Shown here: piece by piece, positions 1 through 9,725 of the stretch
Layout of the letters: the number at the start of each line of letters is the position of its first letter
Position numbering within the stretch: the stretch's first letter is position 1
Assembly: GCA_963733195.1 (NCBI GenBank)
Contig: CAVTCR010000060.1
Span: 64,799-128,798 of the forward strand
Direction: 5' to 3'
Source of the DNA: an uncultured delta proteobacterium
Lineage (GTDB): Bacteria; Desulfobacterota; Binatia; Bin18
Length of the DNA: 64,000 nucleotides
Translations under genes and position numbers: made by a program
Notes under the pieces: generated by a model
The model's database searches: none
What the model saw: only the letters and a program-made list of their open reading frames with translations
Told to the model about the DNA's origin: nothing

Positions 1-47
1 TGGCCAATTGGGGTCGCAAGCGCGGCGATCGTATCATGAGTGTACAC
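1..47 (-). CDS. mnmE: tRNA modification GTPase MnmE, 5' end only (runs off window)
   Basis: GTG at 47 reads VYTHDTIAALATPIG, matching the MnmE N-terminal DTIAAIATP motif; canonical position after jag. Confidence 0.8.
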   Translation of the reverse strand, partial: MYTHDTIAALATPIG

Positions 48-50
48 AGA

Positions 51-884
51 TCATGAGTCAGCGGTTTGTATCCGGCCCGTGGTCCGACCCTTTTCTTTCC
101 TCTGCCCTTCTTCTGGAACGATGCACACTTGGCGGAAATATCCACGTCCAGTGCTTTTGGTAGTTACGAGAGGGTCCCCCTCCAATGTTAAGTGAATCAC
201 TCGGCGATCGCGCGGGCTCATCGGACTTAGCGTGACGGGCTTCCGACGACGTTTGGCCCGTTCCCCTAGGCGGAGTGCAAGGTTCTCCAGACTTTTCCAG
301 CGTCGTTCGCGATATCCTTCAACGTCAATGGCAACGTGGGCATCGATTTCGTCACTTTTTGTGACTATACGATTGACCAAATACTCAAGAGCATCGAGTG
401 TCTGCCCTCGATGACCGACGAGAAAACCTTCCGGCAGGTTGGGAATTTTTGTCACATTGACAACCGTTTCTTCGTCTCGGTTTTCCACGCTCAGCGTCGG
501 CTCCGTTCCCATCAAGTGCAGGATTTCCTTCAGTGTGGAACAGACTTTCTCCGCCATTTCCGGGGAGAGGGGGATATTCGTGCGCGCCCCGGTTTCCCGT
601 GCGACTTCTGCTCTTTGCTCTCGTGGGCGAGGGGGCTCAGCTTTTGGCTCAGGTGTCCGCAGTGGAGGCCGTGAAGTTTCTGTTCTTGGTTCGCTGGCTC
701 GTGCAGAGAGTGGTAGTCGCAAGGTAGCACGGATACGTGCTTTCTTGCCGCCGATACCGAGAAACCCTTTGGTTGGCTGCGCTAGGACCTCGATTTCGAC
801 ACGGTCTCGCTCGACCTGGAGTTGTCGTAGAGCATTGGAGATTGCCTCGTCAAGCGTTGTTCCTTCGGCTTCTACTGCATTCAT
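51..884 (-). CDS. jag: RNA-binding protein Jag/EloR/KhpB (Jag_N, KH, R3H)
   Basis: Jag_N motif KGFLGIG, KH region GHRGQTLDALEYL, R3H motif RRVIH; synteny with yidC. Confidence 0.95.
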   Translation of the reverse strand: MNAVEAEGTTLDEAISNALRQLQVERDRVEIEVLAQPTKGFLGIGGKKARIRATLRLPLSARASEPRTETSRPPLRTPEPKAEPPRPREQRAEVARETGARTNIPLSPEMAEKVCSTLKEILHLMGTEPTLSVENRDEETVVNVTKIPNLPEGFLVGHRGQTLDALEYLVNRIVTKSDEIDAHVAIDVEGYRERRWKSLENLALRLGERAKRRRKPVTLSPMSPRDRRVIHLTLEGDPLVTTKSTGRGYFRQVCIVPEEGQRKEKGRTTGRIQTADS

Positions 885-904
885 TACGTTTTTCCCTCTC
901 CGAG

Positions 905-2539
905 TTATACGAACCCTTTATTCTGGGCGTACTGCTGGGCAATGCTCAGGACATTATTCACCAGCCAGTATAGCACTAATCCCGCAGGAAAATTGACAAA
1001 CATAACCGTAAACATTACCGGCATGAGCATCATTATTTTCTGCTGCATCGGATCCCCAGGCATCGGCGTCATTGCTTGTTGGATGACCATCGTACCTCCC
1101 ATCAGAAGAGTCAACACCGGAATCCCAGGAGGATCGACGAAAGGAAGCCACATTGAACCAAGACGGTCAGGCTGTGACAGATCTTGAATCCAACCGAAGA
1201 ATGGTGCCTGTCGCAATTCGATAGCGGCCATAAATGCTTGGTACAGGCCAATAAAAACCGGGATTTGTACCAGCATCGGCAAACAACCACCAAGCGGATT
1301 GATGTGGTTACGACGGTACAGTTCCATCATTTCGCGGTTGAGTTTCTCTCGGTCGTCTTTGTATTGTTCTCTAATCTGTTCGAGCTGGGGTTGGATTTTC
1401 TTCATCTCGTTCATGGATTTAAACGCTTTGGCACTCAGAGGGAAAAACGCCAGTTTCACGAGCACGGTCAAGAGGATAATATCAAGACCGTAATTTCCAG
1501 TGAAAGAGTTTGAGATTTTGAGAAGTGAAAGTAGGGGACGGGCAATAAAATGCGACCAACCAAAATCAATTGCGCGATCCAAAGCGGGATTAACAGCGTT
1601 CAACGCATTAGGTTCCTTCGGGCCGACATACACTGTGTATGTAACAGGTTGTGTGGTCCAGGGAATCGAGAGCTTGGTGGTAACAGTGCCATCCTTCGTA
1701 TGGAAGAGAAGGGAATTTTTCTCTCCTTCAGGAGGAATCATTGCCGAAAGAAAGTAGGTGTCGGCATACCCAGCCCAGCGGATCCGATCTGGTCCGATCG
1801 TTCGCGCTTCTTTCGCCACGCTCGAGTTGGTTTCATACACAAACTTTCTTCCAATTAAAGCAACGGGGCCTGGCTCACTAGCTGACTGTGAATGATGCTG
1901 GTCGAAGGCATGAGTCCAAAGTAGCGAAAGCGACGTGCCCTCCTGGGCGGACACACCCATTTTCACTTCAAGGGTTATACCGTAATCTTGCCCAGAAAAA
2001 GAAAAGATTTTGCTGAGCGCTATACCATTAGCGGTAGTGCCGCGAAACTCGAGGGTCGCCTTGTCACTGCCTTGGAGGGTTATATCTTTGCCCGTCACCG
2101 CGTAGGTTACACCTTCATCACTTACAGTTACTCCATTCCCCTCGAGCAGCAGGCCGAGAGGAAGCTCTCCGCGGGGGCCTGCCTGAATCATTTCTAACGG
2201 AGAACTCTGCTTCCCTTCATTTCCTGGGTACCGCTTCAAGCGAAAGCTCTTTATCCGTCCGCCTGCAGAGGTAAATACTGCGCGGTAGACTTCATTCTCG
2301 ACGGTAATCTCCCGTGCTTCGGAGGAAATGACAGCAGAAGACGAGCCTTGAGGCGACAGTTGCACCTGAGGAGGTCGCTCGGTTGTTGGCGTCGGTATCG
2401 ACGGCGGAGATTCTGCCTGGGGAGGAAATGGGTTTCTTGTGGAAGGAGGTGGCGAAGGATAGAAATGAGAGACAAGCGCCTGGTACACAAAAAGAACGAG
2501 AAGCGACAGAATAACTGCGAGAAAGCTTCTTTTGTCCAC
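905..2539 (-). CDS. yidC: Membrane protein insertase YidC
   Basis: N-terminal TM, periplasmic domain, GGCLPMLVQIPVF, WIQDLSQPD and PAGLVLYW motifs. Confidence 0.97.
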   Translation of the reverse strand: MDKRSFLAVILSLLVLFVYQALVSHFYPSPPPSTRNPFPPQAESPPSIPTPTTERPPQVQLSPQGSSSAVISSEAREITVENEVYRAVFTSAGGRIKSFRLKRYPGNEGKQSSPLEMIQAGPRGELPLGLLLEGNGVTVSDEGVTYAVTGKDITLQGSDKATLEFRGTTANGIALSKIFSFSGQDYGITLEVKMGVSAQEGTSLSLLWTHAFDQHHSQSASEPGPVALIGRKFVYETNSSVAKEARTIGPDRIRWAGYADTYFLSAMIPPEGEKNSLLFHTKDGTVTTKLSIPWTTQPVTYTVYVGPKEPNALNAVNPALDRAIDFGWSHFIARPLLSLLKISNSFTGNYGLDIILLTVLVKLAFFPLSAKAFKSMNEMKKIQPQLEQIREQYKDDREKLNREMMELYRRNHINPLGGCLPMLVQIPVFIGLYQAFMAAIELRQAPFFGWIQDLSQPDRLGSMWLPFVDPPGIPVLTLLMGGTMVIQQAMTPMPGDPMQQKIMMLMPVMFTVMFVNFPAGLVLYWLVNNVLSIAQQYAQNKGFV

Positions 2540-2569
2540 TACTAAATGCCTCTTATCAAAAACTCATTG

Positions 2570-2845
2570 CTATGGCAGAGGGTCTACTCCACCCGGATGC
2601 CATGGATGACACTTCGCGACTCGTGTCAGAATGAGCCGAGTTCCTTTGAGGATGCCATATTTTTGCAACGCTGCTAGGGCGTAGGCAGAGCAGCTTGGAG
2701 AAAATCGACACATTGGTCCGAGCAGGGGAGAAATCACCCAGCGATAGAGCAAAAGAGTGCCTTTTAAGGTCTCCACTCCCAGAGCAGGAATCACGCGTAT
2801 GAAGGAAGGGAAGAGAGGAAGAATTTTACTTTTTAGGCTGAACAA
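2570..2845 (-). CDS. yidD: Membrane protein insertion efficiency factor YidD (start uncertain)
   Basis: [10 protein letters not shown] and [11 protein letters not shown] motifs; located between rnpA and yidC. Confidence 0.93.
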   Translation of the reverse strand: MFSLKSKILPLFPSFIRVIPALGVETLKGTLLLYRWVISPLLGPMCRFSPSCSAYALAALQKYGILKGTRLILTRVAKCHPWHPGGVDPLP

Positions 2846-3350
2846 TGGAGAGTACCTTTCCCAACTCCTCAGTGATCTGTGCGAGTGTGAGTTGCTCGGC
2901 CCCAGCTTTCGGAATCACCACGATGTCGCAGACTGGGATGATGAGCGTCCGATGGGTACGAAAGAACTCTCGCAGTAATCTCTTCATGCGATTGCGGACG
3001 ATAGCATTACCAAAGCGACGGGAGGTTGTAATACCGAGGCGAGAGTGCTCACTTTGTGCTGGCGCGGTGGCAACAAGAAAATGCTGGCTATGTCGTTTTT
3101 TTCCTTTTTGCTGGAGAAAGAGAAATTCCCGCCGTTCAAGCAACCGAACAGACTTTGGAAACGATCCGTTCAGGGCTTTTAGCGATGCGCTGGTTTCGGT
3201 GGAACCGTTACGGTCAGGTGTTTGCGTCCTTTGTGGCGACGTCTCTTGAGAACGGCGCGACCTGCGCTGGTGCTCATCCGGGTGAGAAATCCGTGGGTTC
3301 GTTTGCGACGAAGATTGCTTGGTTGATATGTTCTTTTCATGAGGGTCCAT
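2826..3350 (-). CDS. rnpA: Ribonuclease P protein component; the open frame extends through the whole of rpmH (start is ATG 3350 or CTG 3173)
   Basis: [38 protein letters not shown] (RNR motif), DIVVI. Confidence 0.9.
   Translation of the reverse strand: MDPHEKNISTKQSSSQTNPRISHPDEHQRRSRRSQETSPQRTQTPDRNGSTETSASLKALNGSFPKSVRLLERREFLFLQQKGKKRHSQHFLVATAPAQSEHSRLGITTSRRFGNAIVRNRMKRLLREFFRTHRTLIIPVCDIVVIPKAGAEQLTLAQITEELGKVLSIVQPKK
3179..3340 (-). CDS. rpmH: 50S ribosomal protein L34 (53 aa, short C-terminal extension)
   Basis: [22 protein letters not shown] from ATG at 3340. Confidence 0.97.
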   Translation of the reverse strand: MKRTYQPSNLRRKRTHGFLTRMSTSAGRAVLKRRRHKGRKHLTVTVPPKPAHR

Positions 3351-3541
3351 CCGTGCAGATTCTCTGCATAATTCCTATAGTAAAGAGGGCGTATCTGACC
3401 ATACTGAAGAGAGGATGTCAATTTTCCCTGACGAGAATCCAGTGGGTTTCGCTGGCCAAGACGACAACGCTCTTCTACAATTTGCTACGCTCTACGTAAG
3501 TACTTTCTCTTTATCACTCTCCACGCTACTGTCTTCCCCGG

Positions 3542-5084
3542 ATGAACCGGTTTACATCGATAAGTGAGGCTTTCCTCAGCGGTATTGTTCTTGCCCTCGC
3601 ATTTCCTAAGGTTGACCTCAGTTTTTTAGCGTGGATCGCTTTTATTCCACTTTTTTGGATCATTCACACTCGAACACCGCAACAGGCGTTTGGTTATGGA
3701 TTTGCTGCCGGTATGGGGTTTTATCTCTGTACTGTTTATTGGGTCGTTCACACGATCGGACTGTATAGCAACATTCCTCCACTCATCGCAGTCGGTCCCT
3801 TACTCCTAATGTGTATGATTCTCGCCTCGTACACAGGCGCGTTCGCGGCTGGACTTCGTTTTTATCAACAGCGCGGAGGGTCTATTATCCTGATCGGTCC
3901 CGTCCTTTGGGTTACTCTAGAATGGCTGCGGTCATTTTTCTTTATCGGGTTCCCCTGGGTCAGTCTCGGCTACTCACAGTATCCTCAGCTGAATCTTATA
4001 CAGTTTGCTGAATTTACCGGTATCTATGGTGTTTCCGCGCTCGTTATTTTTGTGAATCTCGCGGTTTTTACACTATTGTCTTCCCCTCAAGCGCGACGTG
4101 GGCTACTCATCTTCTCGGTTATTATTCTCGTTGGTGGACTTTCTCTCTGGGGAATGTGGAGACGGTCTCAGCTAGCAGCACTCCCCCCTGCTCATCATCT
4201 GCGTGTTGGGCTCATTCAGGGTAATATCCCTCAAGATACGAAATGGAACCCTCACTCCCAGGAAGAAACGATGACCCGTTATGAGCAACTCTCCCGACAA
4301 GCGGTCGCACAAGGAGCAGAAATCGTTATTTGGCCTGAAACCGCCGCTCCCTTTTACTTTCAGTCGCCGCTCCCACCTGACATGCCAGACCGAGAGAGGG
4401 AAATAGCTTACCGTGAGAGGCTCCTCCGCTTAGCAATAGAGCTGCGAACACCGATCTTGTTCGGCAGTCCAGCCTTCAAGCAAGAGGGGAGGAAAGTCTC
4501 GATGTTCAATCGCGCGTATCTGCTCTCGAGCAGAAGCAGAAGTTCTCGGTTCTTACGATAAAATCCAGCTGGTACCGTTTGGCGAGTATGTACCGTTTCA
4601 CAGCCTTTTGTTTTTTCTCGATAAACTGGTCGTAGGAATTGGTGACTTTGCTGCTGGTTCAACGACCACTGTGTTCACGTTACCACAGACAAAATTCGGC
4701 GTATTGATTTGCTACGAAGGCATTTTCCCATCTCTTACTCGACGGTTTGTCTCACAAGGGGCAGAACTGCTCATCAACATTACTAACGATGCCTGGTTCG
4801 GCCGCACTTCTGCACCATATCAACATCTTGTGATGGAGGCGGTGCGCGCAATTGAGAATCGCGTCCCACTGGTCCGCGCAGCGAATACTGGCTTCTCTGC
4901 CGTCGTCGGCATTGACGGGCAGATCCACAGTCGCACCAATTTGTACGAAATGACTTTCTTAGTTGATGATGTAACCTGGCCACAGGTAAGTAGCTTTTAC
5001 GCAAAGTACGGCGACGTTTTTGTCTGGTTCTGTGTCGTCAGCACCAGTCTCATGCTAGGATATCGGTGGGTAAGGCGGAGATAG
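3542..5084 (+). CDS. lnt: Apolipoprotein N-acyltransferase; frameshift near 4530 (probable sequencing error)
   Basis: GFPW, IQGNIPQ and WPETA in the first ORF; shifted frame continues YDKIQLVPFGEYVP, ICYE, NDAWF, RAANTG. Confidence 0.93.
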
Positions 5085-5133
5085 ACAAAGACAGAGATAT
5101 AGACAAGAAGAAAAGTTTCTTACGGAGGACTCC

Positions 5134-6232
5134 ATGTTGTTGGAAACAAAAGAAAAATTGATGCAACTTCGTACTCGAGTCGACAATCTCGGGAGGCGTC
5201 TTTGACATCGCGGGAAAAGAGACCCGGGCCGCAGAATTAGAGGCACTCACGGTCGCAGAAAACTTCTGGCAAGATCAAGAAAAAGCTCAGACCATCCTCA
5301 AGGAGCGATCAGGGCTTGTCGCGACCATCAACCAATGGAAAAAGCACCAGCACGGGCTCGACGACGCAGCGGTGTTTCTGGAAATGGCCGAAACTGGAGA
5401 CGCTGAAGCGGAAACTGAGTTAGAGCAACATGTTGGTCAGCTAGAGAAAGAGGTCAGTCAGGCTGAACTTGAACGCATGCTCGGTGGAGAGCATGACGCT
5501 GGTAATGCAATTCTCAGTCTCCATCCGGGAGCTGGTGGCTTGGAAGCACAGGATTGGGCGGACATGCTGTTACGCCTCTATTTGCGCTGGACTGAACGCA
5601 AGGGATACAAAACAGAAATGGTCGACTACCAACCTGGCGAAGGAGGAGGACTAAAAAGCGCGACCCTAACGGTCGAAGGGCCGTATGCTTATGGCTACCT
5701 GCGAGCCGAGGCTGGGATTCACCGTCTCGTACGCATCTCCCCGTTTGATGCCAATGCTCGAAGACATACATCTTTCGCTTCGGTGTTTGTGTATCCAGAC
5801 CTTGATGACACGGTCGAAGTAGATATCCGCCCCGAGGATCTACGTGTTGATACCTACCGCTCCAGTGGTGCTGGTGGACAACATGTGAATAAAACCGACT
5901 CAGCCGTGCGCCTTACTCACCTCCCGACAGGAATCGTTGTTGCCTGCCAGAACGAACGCTCGCAACACCGCAACCGCGCGATGGCAATGAAGGTGCTTCG
6001 TGCAAAACTCTATGAACTCGAGTTAGAGAAACAGAAAGAGAAGATGGAGGATTTACATAAGAGCAAGAAGGACATCGCATGGGGGAGCCAAATTCGTTCG
6101 TACGTCCTGCATCCCTATCGCATGGTAAAGGATCATCGGACAGGAGCAGAAGTCGGCAATACGGATGCCGTTTTAGATGGGGATATTGATACGTTCATCG
6201 AAGCCTATTTGCTCTACCGCATAGCCGCTTAA
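5134..6232 (+). CDS. prfB: Peptide chain release factor 2 with programmed +1 frameshift
   Basis: ATG 5134 with GGAGG SD; CTT TGA C at 5200-5206; SPF and GGQ motifs downstream. Confidence 0.97.
5191..5206 (+). promoter_or_regulatory. RF2 autoregulatory +1 frameshift site
   Basis: GGGAGG-CGT-CTT-TGA-C: internal SD, 3-nt spacer, then the canonical CTT TGA C slippery site. Confidence 0.95.
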
Positions 6233-6276
6233 GTCACTTTCCGTCAACGACGGTATGCAGAAGAAAGGGAAACGTC

Positions 6277-6687
6277 ATGGAAGAGGACAAGGTCGGTAGC
6301 GATCCTGCACCAGAAGTGACGATTCCGGAAGTTTCCCTTCGGCTCCAGCACTCGCGGGAAGCGAAAGGCCTGTCTCTGCGAGAAGCAGAAGCTGCGACTC
6401 GCATTCCAGTTCACTATTTACAACTGCTCGAAGGAAAAGGAGACGCCCGCCTCCTCGCTGATGTGTTGTATCTTGTCCCATTTCTCCGCACGTACGCCTT
6501 GTTTCTCGGCCTTGATCCTGCTGAGCTGACGGCGCAGTTTATCCAGTATGTCCACGCGAAAGACGATCAGATCAGTGAACTCGGGGAACAACCGCCGCCG
6601 CGTTCGGCTGTCCAACCGATGATTCTTATAGTCATCCTTGCGATTGTCGGTTTGCTCACCCTGCTCTGGTTCATTCGTGGGCACTAA
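6277..6687 (+). CDS. Short RodZ-like protein (XRE-type HTH plus C-terminal TM, no periplasmic domain)
   Basis: REAKGLSLREAEAATRIPVHYLQLLE...FLRTYALFLGLD followed by a hydrophobic C-terminal helix. Confidence 0.8.
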   Translation: MEEDKVGSDPAPEVTIPEVSLRLQHSREAKGLSLREAEAATRIPVHYLQLLEGKGDARLLADVLYLVPFLRTYALFLGLDPAELTAQFIQYVHAKDDQISELGEQPPPRSAVQPMILIVILAIVGLLTLLWFIRGH

Positions 6688-6788
6688 CCAATCCCTTGGC
6701 AATAGGCAGAGAAGCAGATAGACTTCTGCGGTTCTTAATTAGCTCCGCAGCATCTTGGCTCTGGAGCAGGTCCTGAGGAGGGACAGCC

Positions 6789-7697
6789 ATGAGCACAATG
6801 ACGATTGAAGAAGTCCCGCGGTTAAATGATCCAATGTTGATTGTCGCTTTCGCAGGGTGGAATGACGCTGGGAATGCCGCAACGCATGCGGCGCAGTTTC
6901 TGGTGCAGCAGCTTCAAGCTCGTCGCTTCGCCAGCATCGATCCCGAAGAGTTCTACAATTTTAGTGAGCTTCGTCCGCAGGTGCGACTCCGTGATGGCTT
7001 ATATCGAGAAGTGATCTGGCCGGCAAACGAATTCTTTTATAGTGACGCCTCTCTTCTTCCACGTGGACTCGTACTCGGGGTCGGAATCGAGCCGCATCTC
7101 AAATGGAAAACCTATTCAGCCGCAATTCTTGACCTCGCCAAGCAGTGTGGGGTGCAAATGGTGCTTACACTTGGAGCACTTTTAGCGGATGTCTCCTACT
7201 CTCGCCCTGTCCGCGTTGCTGGATTTGCCAGTGACCCGTCCTTGGCGGCACGGCTTCAGCTCACTTCCTCTCGCTACGAAGGTCCAACAGGGATTGTCGG
7301 CGTCTTCAATGATGCCTGTCGTCGTTCAGGGATTCCGTCGGCAAGCTTTTGGGCCAATGTTCCCCATTACATTTCTGCCGCACCAAACCCCAAGGCTGCG
7401 CTTGCGTTGGTCAAACGTGTCGAGGCGTTTCTACATTTTTCTCTCGATACAACAGAATTGAGCACGCAGGCATTCACGTTCGATGCAAAAGTTGCTCAAG
7501 CCGTAGCTGAAAATCCGCAGATGGCAGCTTACGTTCGTCAGCTTGAAACACGAGAACAACAGGAAGAGGGGTTCGAGATGGAACCAGCTCCGAAAGGCAA
7601 TGGGGGTGGGAACGGCCACGCCAACGGTAAAGACATGGAGGCTGAGCTGCAACGATTTCTGCAACAACGAAAGAACAAAAAGGATAATGAGGAATAG
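6789..7697 (+). CDS. PAC2 (proteasome assembly chaperone-like) family protein
   Basis: AFAGWNDAG, IDPEEFYNF, GIEPHLKW, YEGPTGI, WANVPHY motifs. Confidence 0.88.
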   Translation: MSTMTIEEVPRLNDPMLIVAFAGWNDAGNAATHAAQFLVQQLQARRFASIDPEEFYNFSELRPQVRLRDGLYREVIWPANEFFYSDASLLPRGLVLGVGIEPHLKWKTYSAAILDLAKQCGVQMVLTLGALLADVSYSRPVRVAGFASDPSLAARLQLTSSRYEGPTGIVGVFNDACRRSGIPSASFWANVPHYISAAPNPKAALALVKRVEAFLHFSLDTTELSTQAFTFDAKVAQAVAENPQMAAYVRQLETREQQEEGFEMEPAPKGNGGGNGHANGKDMEAELQRFLQQRKNKKDNEE

Positions 7698-7772
7698 GAG
7701 CAGAGAGTAAAGGGCGATGTCCTTGTTTTTTCTCTCACCTGACACCTATCCCCTGTAACCTCAATTCGACAA

Positions 7773-9155
7773 ATGGAAAAAATAGTCTACATGGTCAATC
7801 TCGGCTGTCCCAAGAATTTGGTTGACGGCGAGGTGATGCTCGGGCTTTTGGCACGAGAGGGGTATGCGCTCACACTCGATCCTGAACAGGCTGGGGTGTT
7901 AATGGTCAACACTTGCAGCTTCATCAACGAGGCGAAAGAGGAGTCCATCAATACCATTCTCGAACTGGCGCAACACAAGGAACAGTCGCCAACGAAGCGG
8001 CTGATTGTCACAGGATGTTTGGCCCAGCGCTATAGTCAGGAGTTGCGAGAATCGCTTCCTGAGGTCGATGTTTTTATCGGCACTGGTGAGTTTCTCCGCA
8101 TTACCGAAATTTTGCAACACAAACAGTCGCTCCTCGATGGACCGGCAAGTTATGTTGGAGCCGCACATATCCTCCCAGATCATACTACGCCCCGCATAGC
8201 CACCACGGCGTTCTATACGACGTACCTCAAGATCGCCGAGGGATGTAACCACAAGTGTGCATTCTGCATTATTCCAAAAATTCGTGGTCTCCAAGAGAGC
8301 CGGCCCATCGATTCTCTAGTTGCCGAAGCAGCAACACTCGCGGCGCAAGGAGTCAAAGAACTCAACCTTATCGCACAGGATCTGACTGCCTATGGCCGCG
8401 AGCGACGGGATGGCACAACGCTCCTCACATTATTGCGTGCGTTGAGCCGCGTCGAAGGGATTGCGTGGATCCGCCTCCTGTACTGTTACCCCAATTATCT
8501 TGACGAAACCCTATTACGCTACGTCGCTGAGGAAGAAAAGATTTGCTCTTATCTCGACATGCCACTGCAACACATCAGTGATCGCATGTTACGAGCGATG
8601 CGGCGCGAGAAAAGTGGCGATGGAATTCGCCGGTTACTGGAGCGCATCCGAATGTATATTCCTGGTGTCGTGTTACGAACGTCGTTTATCGTTGGGTTCC
8701 CAGGTGAACAGGATGAAGACTTCCAACAGCTCCTTGATTTCGTTCCCGAGGCGCAAATTGATCATGTTGGGGTGTTTCGTTATTCACAAGAAGAAGGGAC
8801 TGCCGCCGGAGCATTGCCTAATCAAGTCCCAGAAGAGGTAAAGCAAGAGCGTTGGCACCGTTTGATGAAACAACAATCACAAGTCGTACGACGGAAAAAC
8901 CTCGCTCTCGTTGGGAGTGAGCAAGAAATCCTTGTCTGTGGCCATGACGAACGTGGTCGGCAGTGGGGACGTTCCCGAGGACACGCACCTGAGATTGACG
9001 GGATTGTGCTTTTGGAGCGGACGAAGGCTGAAACAGGTGACATTCTTCCTATGCGGATTTCCGGGGTATCAGGATACGACCTTCGTGCTACATCATTCGT
9101 GGGAAAAGTAAAAGAATCTCAGCAAGAGATTGACTTAGCGCATCTTCCCCTCTAG
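7773..9155 (+). CDS. rimO: Ribosomal protein S12 methylthiotransferase RimO
   Basis: LGCPKNLVD, NTCSFI, radical SAM CNHKCAFC, APEIDG TRAM region. Confidence 0.96.
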   Translation: MEKIVYMVNLGCPKNLVDGEVMLGLLAREGYALTLDPEQAGVLMVNTCSFINEAKEESINTILELAQHKEQSPTKRLIVTGCLAQRYSQELRESLPEVDVFIGTGEFLRITEILQHKQSLLDGPASYVGAAHILPDHTTPRIATTAFYTTYLKIAEGCNHKCAFCIIPKIRGLQESRPIDSLVAEAATLAAQGVKELNLIAQDLTAYGRERRDGTTLLTLLRALSRVEGIAWIRLLYCYPNYLDETLLRYVAEEEKICSYLDMPLQHISDRMLRAMRREKSGDGIRRLLERIRMYIPGVVLRTSFIVGFPGEQDEDFQQLLDFVPEAQIDHVGVFRYSQEEGTAAGALPNQVPEEVKQERWHRLMKQQSQVVRRKNLALVGSEQEILVCGHDERGRQWGRSRGHAPEIDGIVLLERTKAETGDILPMRISGVSGYDLRATSFVGKVKESQQEIDLAHLPL

Positions 9156-9192
9156 ATTCCTCGATTACTTTTCGTGTCGGAAGGAGTGGGGT

Positions 9193-9618
9193 ATGAGAAA
9201 AACCTTCTTGAAAAAGACTCGTGAGGCCCTCGTCGCACGGAAGGAACAGATTCTTAAACAGCTCAACGAGGAGGTCAAAGAAGGAAAAGAAGCCGCCCTG
9301 GATGAAGGAATGGATACCTACGACCTCGCCAGCGAAGAACGGAGCCGTGAGATTAATCTCATTCTCAGCGATCGCGACCGAGATAAGCTCCAAGCGATTG
9401 AGGACGCGCTCGAACGCATCGAAGACGGCTCTTATGGTATCTGTGAGCAGTGTGAAGAAGAAATCGCTCCCGAGCGACTGGAAGCATTACCCTTCACTCG
9501 CCTCTGCGTTTCGTGCCAGAGTGAAATGGAACGAGAGGCGAAACAGCACCGTCGGCCGGATGATGAACGTGGCCACCGACGCACGAACCTGTCTGATTTT
9601 GACGAAGACAATTTTTAG
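9193..9618 (+). CDS. dksA: DksA/TraR C4 zinc-finger RNA polymerase-binding factor
   Basis: Coiled-coil tip DTYDLA (DxxDxA); YGICEQC...RLEALP...LCVSC. Confidence 0.85.
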   Translation: MRKTFLKKTREALVARKEQILKQLNEEVKEGKEAALDEGMDTYDLASEERSREINLILSDRDRDKLQAIEDALERIEDGSYGICEQCEEEIAPERLEALPFTRLCVSCQSEMEREAKQHRRPDDERGHRRTNLSDFDEDNF

Positions 9619-9725
9619 TAGCTCACCGCTATAAAGGTGAAGGAAGTTCTTTTGCTCCCCCTCTCTCTCTTCCATACAGTCAGAAGACTCTGCCAATAGC
9701 GACCACCATCTGACAAATAAATGAG

